A DNA stretch of 64,000 bases from Eledone cirrhosa (lineage: Eukaryota), in contig OZ024741.1 in assembly GCA_964016885.1 (NCBI GenBank), positions 198,958,001 through 199,022,000 on the forward strand, given 5' to 3'. Under the pieces are notes generated by a model, which saw nothing but the letters and a program-made list of their open reading frames with translations, had not been told where the DNA came from and searched no databases. Positions 12,946-28,600 of this stretch are shown in pieces (within the stretch, counting starts at the first letter, position 1; each line of letters begins with the position of its first letter). Position numbers and translations under genes: made by a program.

Positions 12946-13459
12946 TACATTCTATTTTAGCATGTTTGTCTAATGATGGTAAGTATATCATCACAACCAT
13001 TCTCAGCTCTCATGCAACACTTGGAATTAAAATAAGTTTTTATTGACTGCTGACACTGCATTTTCTGCTTGCAAACAAAAGCAATTTTTATTTTAAGTTT
13101 GTGAAGTCTGATAGCAAGTGGTACATAATATTTCTGTACATTGTGTTGATGCCAAAAAAACGTTTATAATAATAAACTTTCCTGTAGATTGACAGAAAAA
13201 TTATGTTCTCTACATTATGCCAGTTTTTCCATCTTTGGAATCCATAAGATGTCAGAATTATTTCAGACTCCTAGAACAACCTTTATGTTCAATTTGTACA
13301 AGGCTATATAAACTATATCTATCCAATGGTTGAATCATTTCAGCCTCTCTTATGTTATCAGGAACCTTTTTTTCTACTGTATTTCTAATGAAACACACTG
13401 CCCAAATGTCTTAATTGATTTTAATGAAATAACTAACTCTGTCATTGTTGGAAGGGGTA

Positions 13460-13735
13460 GAGGCACATGACCTAGTGGTAAGGGTGTTGGACTTACAATC
13501 ATGTGTGGGTTTGATTCCTGGGCTGGTTGTGTTGTTTTCTTGAGCAAAACACTTTATTTCATATTGCTCCAGTATACTAAGCTGAAAATAGGTACCAGTG
13601 ATAGCTGGGGTTTAACCCTGCGATGGACTAGCATCCTGTCCAGGGGAAGTTGTGTACTCTCAGTCACTTCATGCCACAAAATCAGGATAAGCACTAACTG
13701 ATCTGACAAGCCTCCTGGCTTGAGACAGACTTTAG
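13460..13735 (+). mobile_element. tRNA-derived CORE-type SINE (older)
   Basis: GAGGCACATGACCTAGTGG head, B-box-like GGTTTGATTCC, CTTGAGCAAAACACTTTATTTC core; related minus copy at ~51645-51790. Confidence 0.7.
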
Positions 13736-13967
13736 AAAAGATTTTAGTCATTGTTGGACCTCCACCATTTCCGATGACTAGCACTCCAGTTGTCTCAAAT
13801 AATGGAATAGCCTGGCATTTCACAGATATGTGCCATGTTTTTGTCATCTTGTCTGCAGGGTGGGATCTAATGTCCAGCCAATGACCAGCAGGATCTAATG
13901 TCCAGTTGAGATCTACTATCCAGCCAAAGCTGTAGTACTTTCTCCCTCCTCATTTCTATCATCAATT

Positions 13968-14195
13968 TCATCATCATCATCACCATTTAACATCTACTTT
14001 CCATGCTAGCATGGGTTAGACGAGTTGTTTCATTGTGAGACAAGATCAGGTGATCATGTCTTGCTCATACAGAACTGTTTCTGGCTCAGTTTCTATGGCT
14101 GGATGCCCTTCCTAATGCCAACCACATTACAGTGTGGACTGGGTGCTTTTTATTGTTGAACCCAAATGACCAACTGGCAGGCTGGACTAGATACT
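13968..14195 (-). mobile_element. RTE 3'UTR fragment
   Basis: (CAT)n followed by GGATGCCCTTCCTAA motif. Confidence 0.75.
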
Positions 14196-15330
14196 TCATT
14201 TTAAAAAATTTCTTTCCTTTTTTTCTCTTCTTGTCACATTTGTAAATTGTATTCTTTAAAATACACCATACACTTAATTACATACACATCTAAAAATAAT
14301 AAAAAGGACAAATACTATATCTTTATCCCAATAGTACTTTTAAGTACTACATGCTGCCAGTCAACAATAACAAACCAGAAAACAGGTTTAGTAACTGATT
14401 AAAGGAATTGTCAACACTCCTTTAGTTCTTGTTTTTCTCTTTTAGATTTTTTTTAAAATATGGCAGGAAATAAAAATAAGATAAAGACAGAGGAATGCCT
14501 TTAGAAAATGATTCAAGTTGAAAAATAAAATATAGAATTTCTCTTAGTAATTCTAAAACCTTTATTTTTCTCCTATTTATTATTATTGTTGTTGTAATCT
14601 TTATTATTGTCTTTTTACTGTTTTACATCCATTTTCAACATGCTGGATGTTTGTATATTTACATTAATAGAACAAATATTTGTTCACTCCTAAAAAAAAA
14701 AAACTTCCTATACTTAATCACCCTACCAGCTAACTGCTCATTCAATTTGCCAGAAACAGTAGCCAAATTTCCCTCAGATCACAACCTGTTATCCTGAAAA
14801 AAGACATGGTGCTTGATGTTGTGTTGCACCCCCTGGCACATAACAAAATAGGTGGGATGGTCACAGCTGGAATGCTTTTGATCATAGGTTTGTTCAGAAC
14901 CTGGGGCTAAACAGCACAATGATAATGGTGTCTTTATTAACCACACTGAGCAATAAAGACATCACAAGACGATCAGTGTGGGTTTTTTTTTTTGTATAAA
15001 AAATGTTTTTAACAACTAAAAACAAACATAAAAAAAATGAAACATAACAAATTTGCCAAAATGTTGGGGGAGGCCTCTGAGGATCACTGGTGAAAAAAGT
15101 ACACAAAAGCCACGGTCATCCTGACCGTTAGGGCAAGTACCCTCCCTCTCCCAGTTGTCCTCACCCAATTGATAGTTTCATACTCAGAGCAGGCCCTAGA
15201 AAGAGATGTTCATGACTGGAATATCTCTTTGATATTAATGTCTGCTCAATCATAGCAAAGGAGTGTTGTGTGTGAACTGAGAAGGAAGTCTCTGAAGCTG
15301 TAGAAAAGCAACGTAAAATGATGATGATGA

Positions 15331-18613
<3,283 letters not shown>

Positions 18614-19469
18614 AACATAGATTTCACATGTGGCCGGTGCTCTGGTGCAATAAGTAGCAGCAAGTGCCCACAGAATACTCGCTCTTTCAACTGCGCAGAG
18701 GGCACTATAGAAATAGTGGACAGCTTCCGTTACCTGGGTGATAAAATCAGCAGTGGGGGAGGGTGCTCTGAAAGTACAGTAGCTAGAGTCAGAACTGGTT
18801 GGAAAAAGTTCAGAGAGCTTATACCACTATTAGCCGCTAGAGGGTTCTCCCTAAAAATGAAAGGCAGGTTGTATGATGCCTGCATACGAACAGCAATGTT
18901 GCATGGCAGTGAGACCTGGGCATTGTGTGCAGAGGATATACGCAGACTAGAGAGAAACGAAGCTTGCCTGCTCCGCTGGATGTGTAATAGTAATATATGT
19001 GAACGGCAAAGCATAAATGAACTAAGGGAGAAATTAGAAATAAGAGGGATCAGATGTTGTTTACTCGAGAGAAGGCTGCGTTGGTATGGACACATGATGC
19101 GCATGAAAGTCGATAGCTGTATAACAAAGTGCAGGGCAATAAAGATAGACGGTAGCCACGGAATAGGCAGACCTAGGAAAACCTGGGAGGAGCTGATAAA
19201 CTCCGACCTCACACACTTACACCTCTCCAAGACAATGTCACTGGACCGAGACCTTTGGCGGTACTCAGTAACAGAGAAGACCCGCCTTACCTAAATACAT
19301 AGTAAAACCTACTACAGTCAGTAGGCATCTCTAACAAAATACACCCCGTTCCACCACCCCCACCCCACCCACACCGCCCCCTTCTATGTAAAGTTATGTT
19401 GGTGCCACACCATCCAGGCCGAAACAAATGAGATCGTGTAGGTGTCATGACAAAAAACACACAGTCCAC
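18614..19469 (+). mobile_element. RTE family-1 fragment, 5'-truncated with 3' UTR cut off
   Basis: ORF 18716-19294 nearly identical to the RTE-1 C-terminus. Confidence 0.93.
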
Positions 19470-19835
19470 AAGCCCGGAACGCGTCTTTCGCTGTTTGTTG
19501 TTTTGAATATTGAAAACAACAAACAGCGAAAGACGCGTTCCGGACTTGTCCGACAGACAACCTTTTCCCCCAACCCGAAAAAAAACCCCAGTTGATGGAT
19601 GTGAATCCGAAATATATAGGGACTATTAAATCTCTCCCAAGGTAACTCTCTATTGTGTTGTTATTTTTATTTTTATCCTTTATACTCTTCCCTTCATTCT
19701 ACACATCTCACACATCTTATACACACCACGCATCTCAACGTACACCCACTTACATCTCTCTCTCAACCACCGGACCTTGTTACCCGGAGATTTACCCATT
19801 TGCATTGTCGAGGCTTCCAAACGACTTAAAGATAG
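19468..19835 (+). mobile_element. Fold-back element (82-bp palindrome, degenerate HHR, ATTAAA), probably Penelope-like
   Basis: Palindrome 19468-19549; CCC-CAGTTGA-TGGAT-GTGA-ATCC-GAAA-TATA-TA-GGG at 19586-19621. Confidence 0.5.
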
Positions 19836-19854
19836 ATATATATATATATATATA

Positions 19855-19989
19855 AATGTTTCTACTTTTAGGCACAAAGCCAGCAATTACCCAGTGCATT
19901 ACTGGTACTTTAATCCCTTGGCGGGATTTGAACTCAGATCGTAAAGGGACATAACTATGCTGGAAAGCGATACTGCCAATCCACCGCCC
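19855..19989 (-). mobile_element. SINE family B, internally deleted
   Basis: Matches 15525-15714 but lacks part of the central domain and head. Confidence 0.8.
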
Positions 19990-20022
19990 ATATATATATA
20001 AAAATAATGTATATATATATAT

Positions 20023-20300
20023 ATCATCATCATCATCATCATCATCATCAACGTTTAACGTCCGTGTTCCACGCTTGCATGGGTTTGGACGGGGGTAGTC
20101 CCACTTGAGGCAAGAGTGATTGTCTTGCTCGCATAGGACTGTCTGGCAGGTTTTCTACAGTTGGATGCCCTTCCTAACACCAACCACATTTACAGTGTGG
20201 GTCTGGGAGGTTTTTACCGTGTTGCCTACACGGCCACATTACAGCGTGGACTGTGTGTTTTTTTGTCGTGACACCTACACAATCTCATTTGTTTCGGCCT
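20023..20300 (-). mobile_element. RTE family-1 3'UTR fragment
   Basis: Reverse complement of ~9359-9633. Confidence 0.93.
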
Positions 20301-20358
20301 GTATATATATACATTCGGCCTATATATATATACATTATTTATATATATATATATAAAT

Positions 20359-20546
20359 AATTGTTTCTACTTTAGGCACAAGGCCAGCAATTGCCCAGTG
20401 CATTACTGGTACTTTATTTTATCGACCCCCGTAAGGATGAAAGGCAAAGTCTACCTCGGCGGATTTGAACTCGGATCGTAAAGGGACGTAACTATGCTGG
20501 AAAGCATGGCATCCGACCCTCTAGCGATACTACCAATACTACTGCC
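20359..20546 (-). mobile_element. SINE family B
   Basis: Full-length homolog of 15525-15714. Confidence 0.85.
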
Positions 20547-21628
20547 ATATATATATATAAATAATGTATATATATATAATATATATATATATAAATAATG
20601 TATATATATATATATATAAATAATGTATATATATAAATAATGTATATATATATATATAATGTGTATATATATATATAATGTGTATATATATATATAATGT
20701 GTATATATATATATAATGTATATATATATATATAATGTATATATATATATATAATTGTATATATACATATATTAATAATGTATATATATATATATATAAT
20801 GTATATATACATATATAAATAATGTATATATACATATATAAATAATGTATATAAAAATATATAAATAATGTATATATACATATATATATAATGTATATAT
20901 AGATATATAAATAATGTATATAAAAAATATATAAATGTATATATACATATATATATAATGTATATATACATATATAAATAATGTATATATATATATATAA
21001 TGTATATATACATATATAAATAATGTATATATACATATATAAATAATGTATATATGTATATATATATAATGTATATGTATATGTATATATGTATATATAT
21101 ATATATATAATGTATATATATATATATATAATGTATATATATATATATAATGTATATATATATATATAATGTATATATATATATAATGTATATATATATA
21201 TAATGTGTATATATATATATATAATGTATATATATATATATAACGTATATATATATAATGTATATATATATATATAATGTATATATAATATATATATAAT
21301 GTATATATATATATAATGTATATATATAATGTATATATATATAATGTATATATATATATAATGTATATATATATATAATGTATATATATATATATATATA
21401 AATAATGTATATATATATATAAATAATGTATATATATATATAAATAATGTATATATATATATAAATAATGTATATATATATATAATGTATATATATATAT
21501 ATATAATGTATATATATATATAATGTATATATATATATATAATGTATATATATATATAATGTATATATATATATAATGTATGTATATATGTATATGTATA
21601 TATGTATATGTATATATGTATATATATA

Positions 21629-21671
<43 letters not shown>
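20547..21671. repeat. (TA)n array with (AAA)TAATGT variants
   Basis: Direct reading. Confidence 0.97.
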
Positions 21672-21674
<3 letters not shown>

Positions 21675-24600
21675 CGCGGGTTTCTCTTAGTAGTTTTTTT
21701 CATGACGTTATTATTGTTAATTTTACTGATGTAGTATTAACTTATTAACTTGGATATTTACCATGCGGTATTCTAATCCTATTGTATCTCTCTCAGTTAT
21801 TTACCATGCGACCCTCAGTTCCTACCCCCCCCCCTCTCTATGCACTTCTTTAAGGCTTACTACCCTGTCTTTAACCTAATTCATTCAATCTGAAAATATT
21901 GAAGAGATAAGACACTTTCCCATTCTTCTCTGCTAAAATGTATCACTAGAGCTGATTCCAATTTTCCCAGCCAGCCATCCATCTAATCTACGAAGGTATT
22001 TTAGCCTACATATTGTCGTTAATATTATGATGTTCCCTGCTGTATTAGCGTTAAATTTTCCCTGCTGTATTAGCGATAAATTTTCGAGGGTTTCTCTTAG
22101 TAGTTTTTTTTCATGACGTTATTATTGTTAATTTTACTGATGTAGTATTAACTTGGATATTTACCATGCGACCCTCAGTTCCTACCTCACAATTTCCCTC
22201 CCCCCCACCCCCACACACCACCATAGTCTATTCGACCAATCAAACCTAGCATGCCATTTCCACTGCTGCTGCTGCTACTACCTGCCTAACTAACTCTCTC
22301 CTCCTCTGGCGCATCCCAACACACCCTGCCATTACCCCACCACCACTGTCCTTCTAGCCCTCAATTTTCCCACCGTTATGGATGGATGAGCTGGGAATAC
22401 ACGAGCAACTCTGAATCAATAGATGAAATATGAATCTGCGAGCTACCAAGCACCCACGTGAAGCGCCAACCCAGAGACCCTCCCCTACGAGTGTCGACAA
22501 ATGCCCAAAACTCCGAGTTGGTACCATCAATGTAGGCTCAATGAAAGGAAGAGCAGGAGAAATCGTAGAAATGCTAGAGCGAAAGGAAGTTGATGTATGC
22601 TGTGTGCAAGAGACTAGATGGAGAGGAGGGTCTGCTAGAGTCCTTGTAGGAAAAAGCCAGTGCTACAAATTTTTCTGGGTGGGAAATGACGATGGGATGG
22701 GTGGTGTAGGTATACTATTAGCTGACAAGTGGGTAGATAAAGTAATCTCAGTGTACAGGGTAAATGCAAGAATCATTAAACTCAGACTAGTCCTGAATAA
22801 GACAATTACCACAATAATATCAGCTTACGCACCCCAATCGGGGCTGCCAGACGAACTTAAGGATAGGTTTTACGAGTCCCTAATACACACTACTGCTCTA
22901 ACAGACGACAAGGACTTCCTAATCATTGCAGGAGATTTTAACGGACACGTAGGTAAACACTGCGACGGCTTCAATAGAGTACATGGAGGCCATGGAGTTG
23001 GCACAAGGAATGAGGAAGGATTCAGACTTCTAGAATTCTGCGACGCCAATGACATGTCGATATGTAACACAAACTTTAAAAAACCCGACAACCACCTGAT
23101 CACCTATAGATCAGGGGAGCACTCTAGTCAGTTAGATTTTATCCTCATCAGAGGACGTGACAGATGGACGGTCGTAAACACAAAAGCCTTCCCTAGTGAG
23201 GAATGTACATCCCAACATAGCTTAGTTGTCAGCGACCTCACGGTCAGAACTAGACGAGCCCTGAAACAGAGGCCAACCTGGAGAAGAAAGATCTGGAAGC
23301 TGAAAGTCCCCTCAACCAGTAACAGATTTAAAGATATTTTACTCAACGCCTACGACAGTAAAGAAGAACAGATAGAGACATTTAACGTAGAAGAGAACTG
23401 GGAGTTCCTAAAAAATAACTTACTAGAGGCGACGGATGAGGTTTGTGGCTGGAGTAAGACCTCAAGCAGGAGGAGAGTGACTTGGTGGTGGAACAATAAG
23501 GTAGATGAAGCAGTCAAGGCCAAGAGACAGGCATGGAAAGAATGGAAGAACGGGGGGAGCAGGGTACATTACATAGAGACCAAGAGGGAAGCTAGGCGAC
23601 AAGTATACTTAGCTAGGAGGGAAGCAGAGGATAGAAAATTCAAGCATGTTTTACAACGTGAGGACCAGAAACAGGAGGTATTCAAGATTGCGAGGCAGTG
23701 TGTCAGAGATAGTTGTGATGTCATTGGAGAGAAGTGTATCCGGAATGATAAAGGTGAGCTTGCCCTCACAAGTGCTGAGAAGAAAGATGCATGGAAGAGT
23801 CATTATGATAGATTACTAAATGAGGAGAATGCATGGGAAGAAGAGACCCTACCCCACGTAGACCCTATAGAGGGACCAGCAGTACAAGTCAGCGGCAGCG
23901 TAGTAAGTAAGGCAATCAGAGATATGAAGATAGGGAAGGCAACCGGTCCATCGGGTATAGCTGCCGAGATGCTGAAGGCATCTGGGTCTGTAGGTCACAC
24001 TATAACCACACGTATCGTTAACCAGGTAATACTAGAGGGGGCCATACCAAAAGATTGGTGCAGTAGCATCATTGTCAACTGCTACAAAGGTAAAGGCGAT
24101 GCACTAGATTGAGGAAACTATAGAGGTATAAAGTTGATGGACCAGGTCATGAAAGTAACAGAAAGAGTTATAGCACAGCTGATTAGGGACCGGGTGAATA
24201 TAGACGAGATGCAATTTGGGTTTGTACCAGGGAAAGGCACCACTGATGCGCTCTTCCTTGTGAGGCAATTACAGGAAAAGTACCTAGCTAAAAGTAAGCC
24301 ACTCTACTTGGCATTTGTCGACCTTGAGAAAGCCTTTGACAGAGTTCCACGTGCAGTAATCTGGTGGGCTCTTAGAAAACTAGGAGTAGATGAATGGCTT
24401 GTGAAAGCGGTACAAGCCATGTATAGGGGAGCAGTCAGCAAAGTTAGGATTGGCAATGAGTATAGCGAGGAATTTAGCGTACAGGTTGGGGTCCACCAGG
24501 GCTCTGTTCTTAGCCCTCTCCTGTTCATCATAGTCCTGCAGGCAATAACGGAGGAGTTTAAGACCGGATGCCCATGGGAACTCCTGTATGCTGATGACCT

Positions 24601-25861
24601 CGCACTCATAGCTGAATCTATGGTAGAACTAGAGAATAAATTCCAAACCTGGAAGCAGGGACTAGAGAGAAAGGGCCTCAAAGTCAACATGACAAAGACT
24701 AAGGTCCTTATAAGTAGACGAGAAAACAGAACCCAGATCCCCTCAGGGAAATGGCCTTGCTCAGTATGTAGGAAAGGTGTAGGTAGGAACTCCATTCTTT
24801 GCCCCAAATGCAAACAATGGGTACACAAGAGATGTAGCGGGATCTCAGGAAGCTTAATTAAGAATGTAGGATTCACATGCAGCAGCTGTGCTGAAACAGC
24901 AAGCAAACAGCCACAGGAAACAAGTACCACCAATCTCTGGGAGGGCCCTGTAGAAACAGTAGACAGCTTCTGCTACCTAGGTGACCGAATTAGCAACGGA
25001 GGTGGGTGCTCAGAAAGTACAATAACTAGGGTAAGAACGGGATGGAAGAAGTTTAGGGAACTACTACCACTGCTAGCTGCAAAAGGCTTCTCCCTCAGAA
25101 TGAAAGGCAGACTGTATGATGCGTGTATACAAACAGCGATGTTGCATGGTAGTGAGACCTGGGCGCTGAAGGTGGAAGACTTACGTAGATTAGAGAGAAA
25201 CGAAGCCTGCATGCTCCGATGGATGTGTAACAGTAATATACGTGAACGACAAAGCATAAATGAATTGAGAGAGAGACTGAGCATAAGAGGAATCAAATGC
25301 TGCGTGCAGGAGAGGCGGTTACGCTGGTATGGACATGTGATGCGTATGAAGGATGACAGCTGCATAAAAAGGTGCAGAGCACTAGAAGTTGATGGAAACC
25401 GCGGAGTGGGGAGACCCAAGATGACTTGGGATGAGGTGATAAAAGCCGACCTTACCCAACTACACCTCTCAAAGTCAATGACACACGACCGTGACTTCTG
25501 GCGTCACGCAGTAATACAGGGTACCCGACCTCCCATGGGTACATGCTGAAGCATATAAACAATATGCCCCCCCCCCCCCCCATCGCAAGGTGGTCGTGGA
25601 GGTGCCACGGCAAAAAAGCACCCAGCCCACACTGTAAAGTGGACGTGTAGGCGCCACGAAAAAGCACCCAGCACTCACTGTAAATGAGGTTGGTGTTAGG
25701 AAGGGCATCCAGCTGTAGAAATCAAGCCAGATCAGTTCCTGTATGAGCAAGGCATGGTCAGCCGACCAGACACTGCCCACAACAGGACAACCCGTCTAAC
25801 CCATGCTAGCGTGGAAGAACGGACGTAAAACGGTGATGATGATGATGATGATGATGATGAT
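21672..25861 (+). mobile_element. Full-length RTE-clade LINE (family 2)
   Basis: 5' direct-repeat leader, APE-RT-PHD ORF, 3' UTR with ~48-bp subrepeats, (GAT)n tail. Confidence 0.92.
22430..25549 (+). pseudogene. RTE-2 ORF (APE + RT + PHD-like finger) with a single in-frame TGA at 24110-24112
   Basis: ORFs 22430-24112 and 24134-25549 are in the same frame; the stop replaces the Arg of GDALD-R-xNYRG seen in RTE-1. Confidence 0.9.
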
Positions 25862-26199
25862 GTGCATATGTATGATTGGATGTGTGTATATATAAATATA
25901 TATATATATGCATATATATATATATATATATGTCAACATGGCTTGTCACTGGACGACACATAGCCATGGGGATGGAGTGGGGGGTATGTGTGCAGCACAA
26001 GCCCGTAGCATTACCATCTTTATGTGCATATATTACTTGACAAGTCCCACAGCAGTGGAGGAGTGGTAACGTGTGTAGACTCGACCAGTTAGAAGCACAT
26101 TGTCACCAATCTAGTCTTAATATAACGTTGCTGATGTGTTAACCTGAACAGCTACATATTCTGGTGAAGTCTTGAGTGTCTGACACACTGCTCACCCAT

Positions 26200-26930
26200 A
26201 CTACATAGGAAGGGTCTAGAAAAGGTGACCTAAGCAAAGCCTGTTCAGTTATCAAGCTGGCAAGCAGCCTACAGTTGGCAGTGGTACAAACTATGGGTAC
26301 ACAAGAGGTGTAGTGGGATCTCAGTTAGATTAACTAAGAATAGGTTGCACAGGAGCAGTAAGCAGCAAATGCCTACAGGAAACAAGCGGTATCAATTTAT
26401 TGGAAGGTTTGGTAGAGGCAAAATACAGCTTCTTCTGTTTGGGTGACCAAATTAGCGGTGGAGGTGGGTGTTCTGAAAGTAGAGTAGCCAGAGTGAGAAC
26501 ACTACAAAAAGAGTTTTCCCTGAAAATGAAGGGCAGACTGCATGATGCATGTATACAAACAGCAATGTTGCATGGTAGTGAGGTCTGGGCACTGTGCATA
26601 CGACCTGTGAAGATTGGAAAGAAATGAAGTTTGCATGCATTGATGGATGTATATACATGAATGGCAAAGCGTAAATGAACTAAGAGAGAAACTGGGATTA
26701 AGAGGAATCAGATGCATGTGATGCATATGATGGATGACACTGTATAAAAAGGTTCAGAGCGTTCCAAGTTGATGGAAGCCATGGAGTAGGAAGACTTGGG
26801 ATGAGATGATAAAAGCTGACCTTGCACAATTGCAACTATCAAAGGCGATGACACAGAACCAAGATCTCTGGTGTTATGCAGTAATACAGAAGACCCACCT
26901 CCTCATGAGTACAGGTTGAAGCATACATCT
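26200..26930 (+). pseudogene. Degraded RTE C-terminal fragment
   Basis: WVHKRC, LGDQISGGGGCSES, KMKGRLHDAC with deletions and frameshifts. Confidence 0.8.
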
Positions 26931-27047
26931 AATATGTGCCACCTTCCACGTCCTAACACTCCACCCACATCCTAATACTGTGCCCATATCCTAAAACTAT
27001 GATCACAAATGACCAATGCTCTAACCACTAAGCCATGTGGCTTCATC

Positions 27048-27078
<31 letters not shown>

Positions 27079-27081
<3 letters not shown>

Positions 27082-27300
27082 TTTTAATATAGATGAGATT
27101 CTACAGGACTAGAACTGTTTCATTCTTTAGAAATCATCAGGAATCTGGGTATCAAAAAATGATACCCAGATTCCTGATGATTTCTAAAGAATGAAACAGT
27201 TCTAGTCCTGTAGATTCTCATCTATATTAAAACTTTTATACTCTGCAATGTATTGAGTACCTTACTTACTGTGGTTACCTCCGATTCAACCCGGAATAAC

Positions 27301-27301
<1 letters not shown>
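27079..27301 (+). mobile_element. Fold-back HHR element A1 (76-bp arms, 5-nt loop, 66-bp tail), Penelope-like non-autonomous
   Basis: Arms 27079-27154 and 27160-27235; inserted in (TA)n. Confidence 0.75.
27096..27146 (-). ncRNA. Type I hammerhead ribozyme (mirror copy on + strand at 27168-27218)
   Basis: AGAUUC-CUGAUGA-uUUCuaaaGAAu-GAA-ACAG-uucuaguc-CUGU-A-GAAUCU: stems I and III and core intact, GUA site. Confidence 0.75.
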
Positions 27302-27340
<39 letters not shown>

Positions 27341-27343
<3 letters not shown>

Positions 27344-27550
27344 TATTTTATAGAAGGAGCTTCTACAGGACTAGTACTGTTTCATTCAGATGAAATCTTC
27401 AGGAAGCTTTCATCTTCAGGAAGATTTCATCTGAATGAAACAGTACTAGTCCTGTAGAAGCTCCTTCTATAAAATAAAATTTTTTTTACTCTGCCATGTA
27501 TTGAGTACCTTACTTACTGTGGTTATCCCCGACTCAACCCGGGACCTACG
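27341..27550 (+). mobile_element. Fold-back HHR element A2, homologous to A1
   Basis: Arms 27341-27400 and 27420-27479; same tail TACTCTGC.ATGTATTGAGTACCTTACTTACTGTGG. Confidence 0.75.
27358..27408 (-). ncRNA. Type I hammerhead ribozyme
   Basis: AGCUUC-CUGAAGA-uUUCaucuGAAu-GAA-ACAG-uacuaguc-CUGU-A-GAAGCU; stem I covaries with A1. Confidence 0.78.
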
Positions 27551-27758
27551 TATATATATATATATATAAATAAAATAGGTAGTTCAGTAGATTCATGGTT
27601 TACTGAGGCAGGTACCAAAATTAGCACTCTAGGCTAAGGCAGTGTGTATATACATACACACACACACATATATATTCATGTATGTATGCATATATATGTA
27701 TGTATGTATGTATATATATATATAAGTCTTGCCTCGAGTGAATTATTTTCATATCTAC

Positions 27759-27869
27759 GTACTCTGATGTGTTGATCAGAGGTAAATAATGTATTGGTGA
27801 TCGAGTGACGCAACCTCAAGCGATTAGCGAACTCTAGACTCACCTGATCAACGAAACAATTGTCAGTAC
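27759..27869 (+). ncRNA. Hammerhead ribozyme with greatly extended stem II, in Penelope-like fragment ~27724-28086
   Basis: GUACU-CUGAUGU-GUUGAUCAG...CUGAUCAAC-GAAAC-AAUU-GUC-AGUAC, followed by AATAAA. Confidence 0.7.
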
Positions 27870-28399
27870 TTTAAATAAAGCTCCTTATTGTACAGCCAAC
27901 CATGTTACTCTTCATTATTTAACTATTATTACTTCAAGTATAACCTGCATAGAAATTACCGCAAACTCGCTGCATAACTATGGAAGCATCTTGTTGAGTC
28001 AAACAAAGCCGTACGTTAAAACTATCCACGATGCAGAGTACTCACAACCTCTAACTGGATTACCTATAACGATAACTTGTTATCCCATATATATATATAT
28101 AATATATATATGTTCTCATCATTATTATTACTTTTACTGTAATTAATGTTTTGAGTTTTTGTTTAATCATTTTACTTTTATTTACATCATTACCAATACA
28201 TGGCAGCTGGAAATCATTCAGCTATTCTAAATAGAATATTAGTCTAATGATTTTGTTGTAGCATGAAATTTTTCTTCTCACTCCACATAATGACATAATT
28301 ATTCCTGCATATATTTCATCCATCATCAGAGAATATCCTCACATACCACCATTATGTCTTCCTGTTTTCTTTTCGTTGAAATGTTTATTGAAATATTTA

Positions 28400-28600
28400 C
28401 TTCTGATTTATTTCAGATTTATTTTTTTCAGTTTCAAAAGATCCCGTATAGGGTGAAAGCAGAAATTCTTTGCTTACATTTTAAGCTGTACTAATAATAA
28501 ATATTTCTTCTAGTGGTTTATATATACTTATATATATATATATTTTATATATACAACCTTTATTGAGCCCTCTTCGAATTTTGGTCTTTGTCTAATATTC
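28400..28600. mobile_element. Degenerate HHR-bearing Penelope-like fragment, related to 60655-60765
   Basis: Shared GATCCC..GGGTGAAAGCAG..ATTCTTTGCTTA..AATAAATAT block; 28560-28590 is the reverse complement of 60658-60686. Confidence 0.45.
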
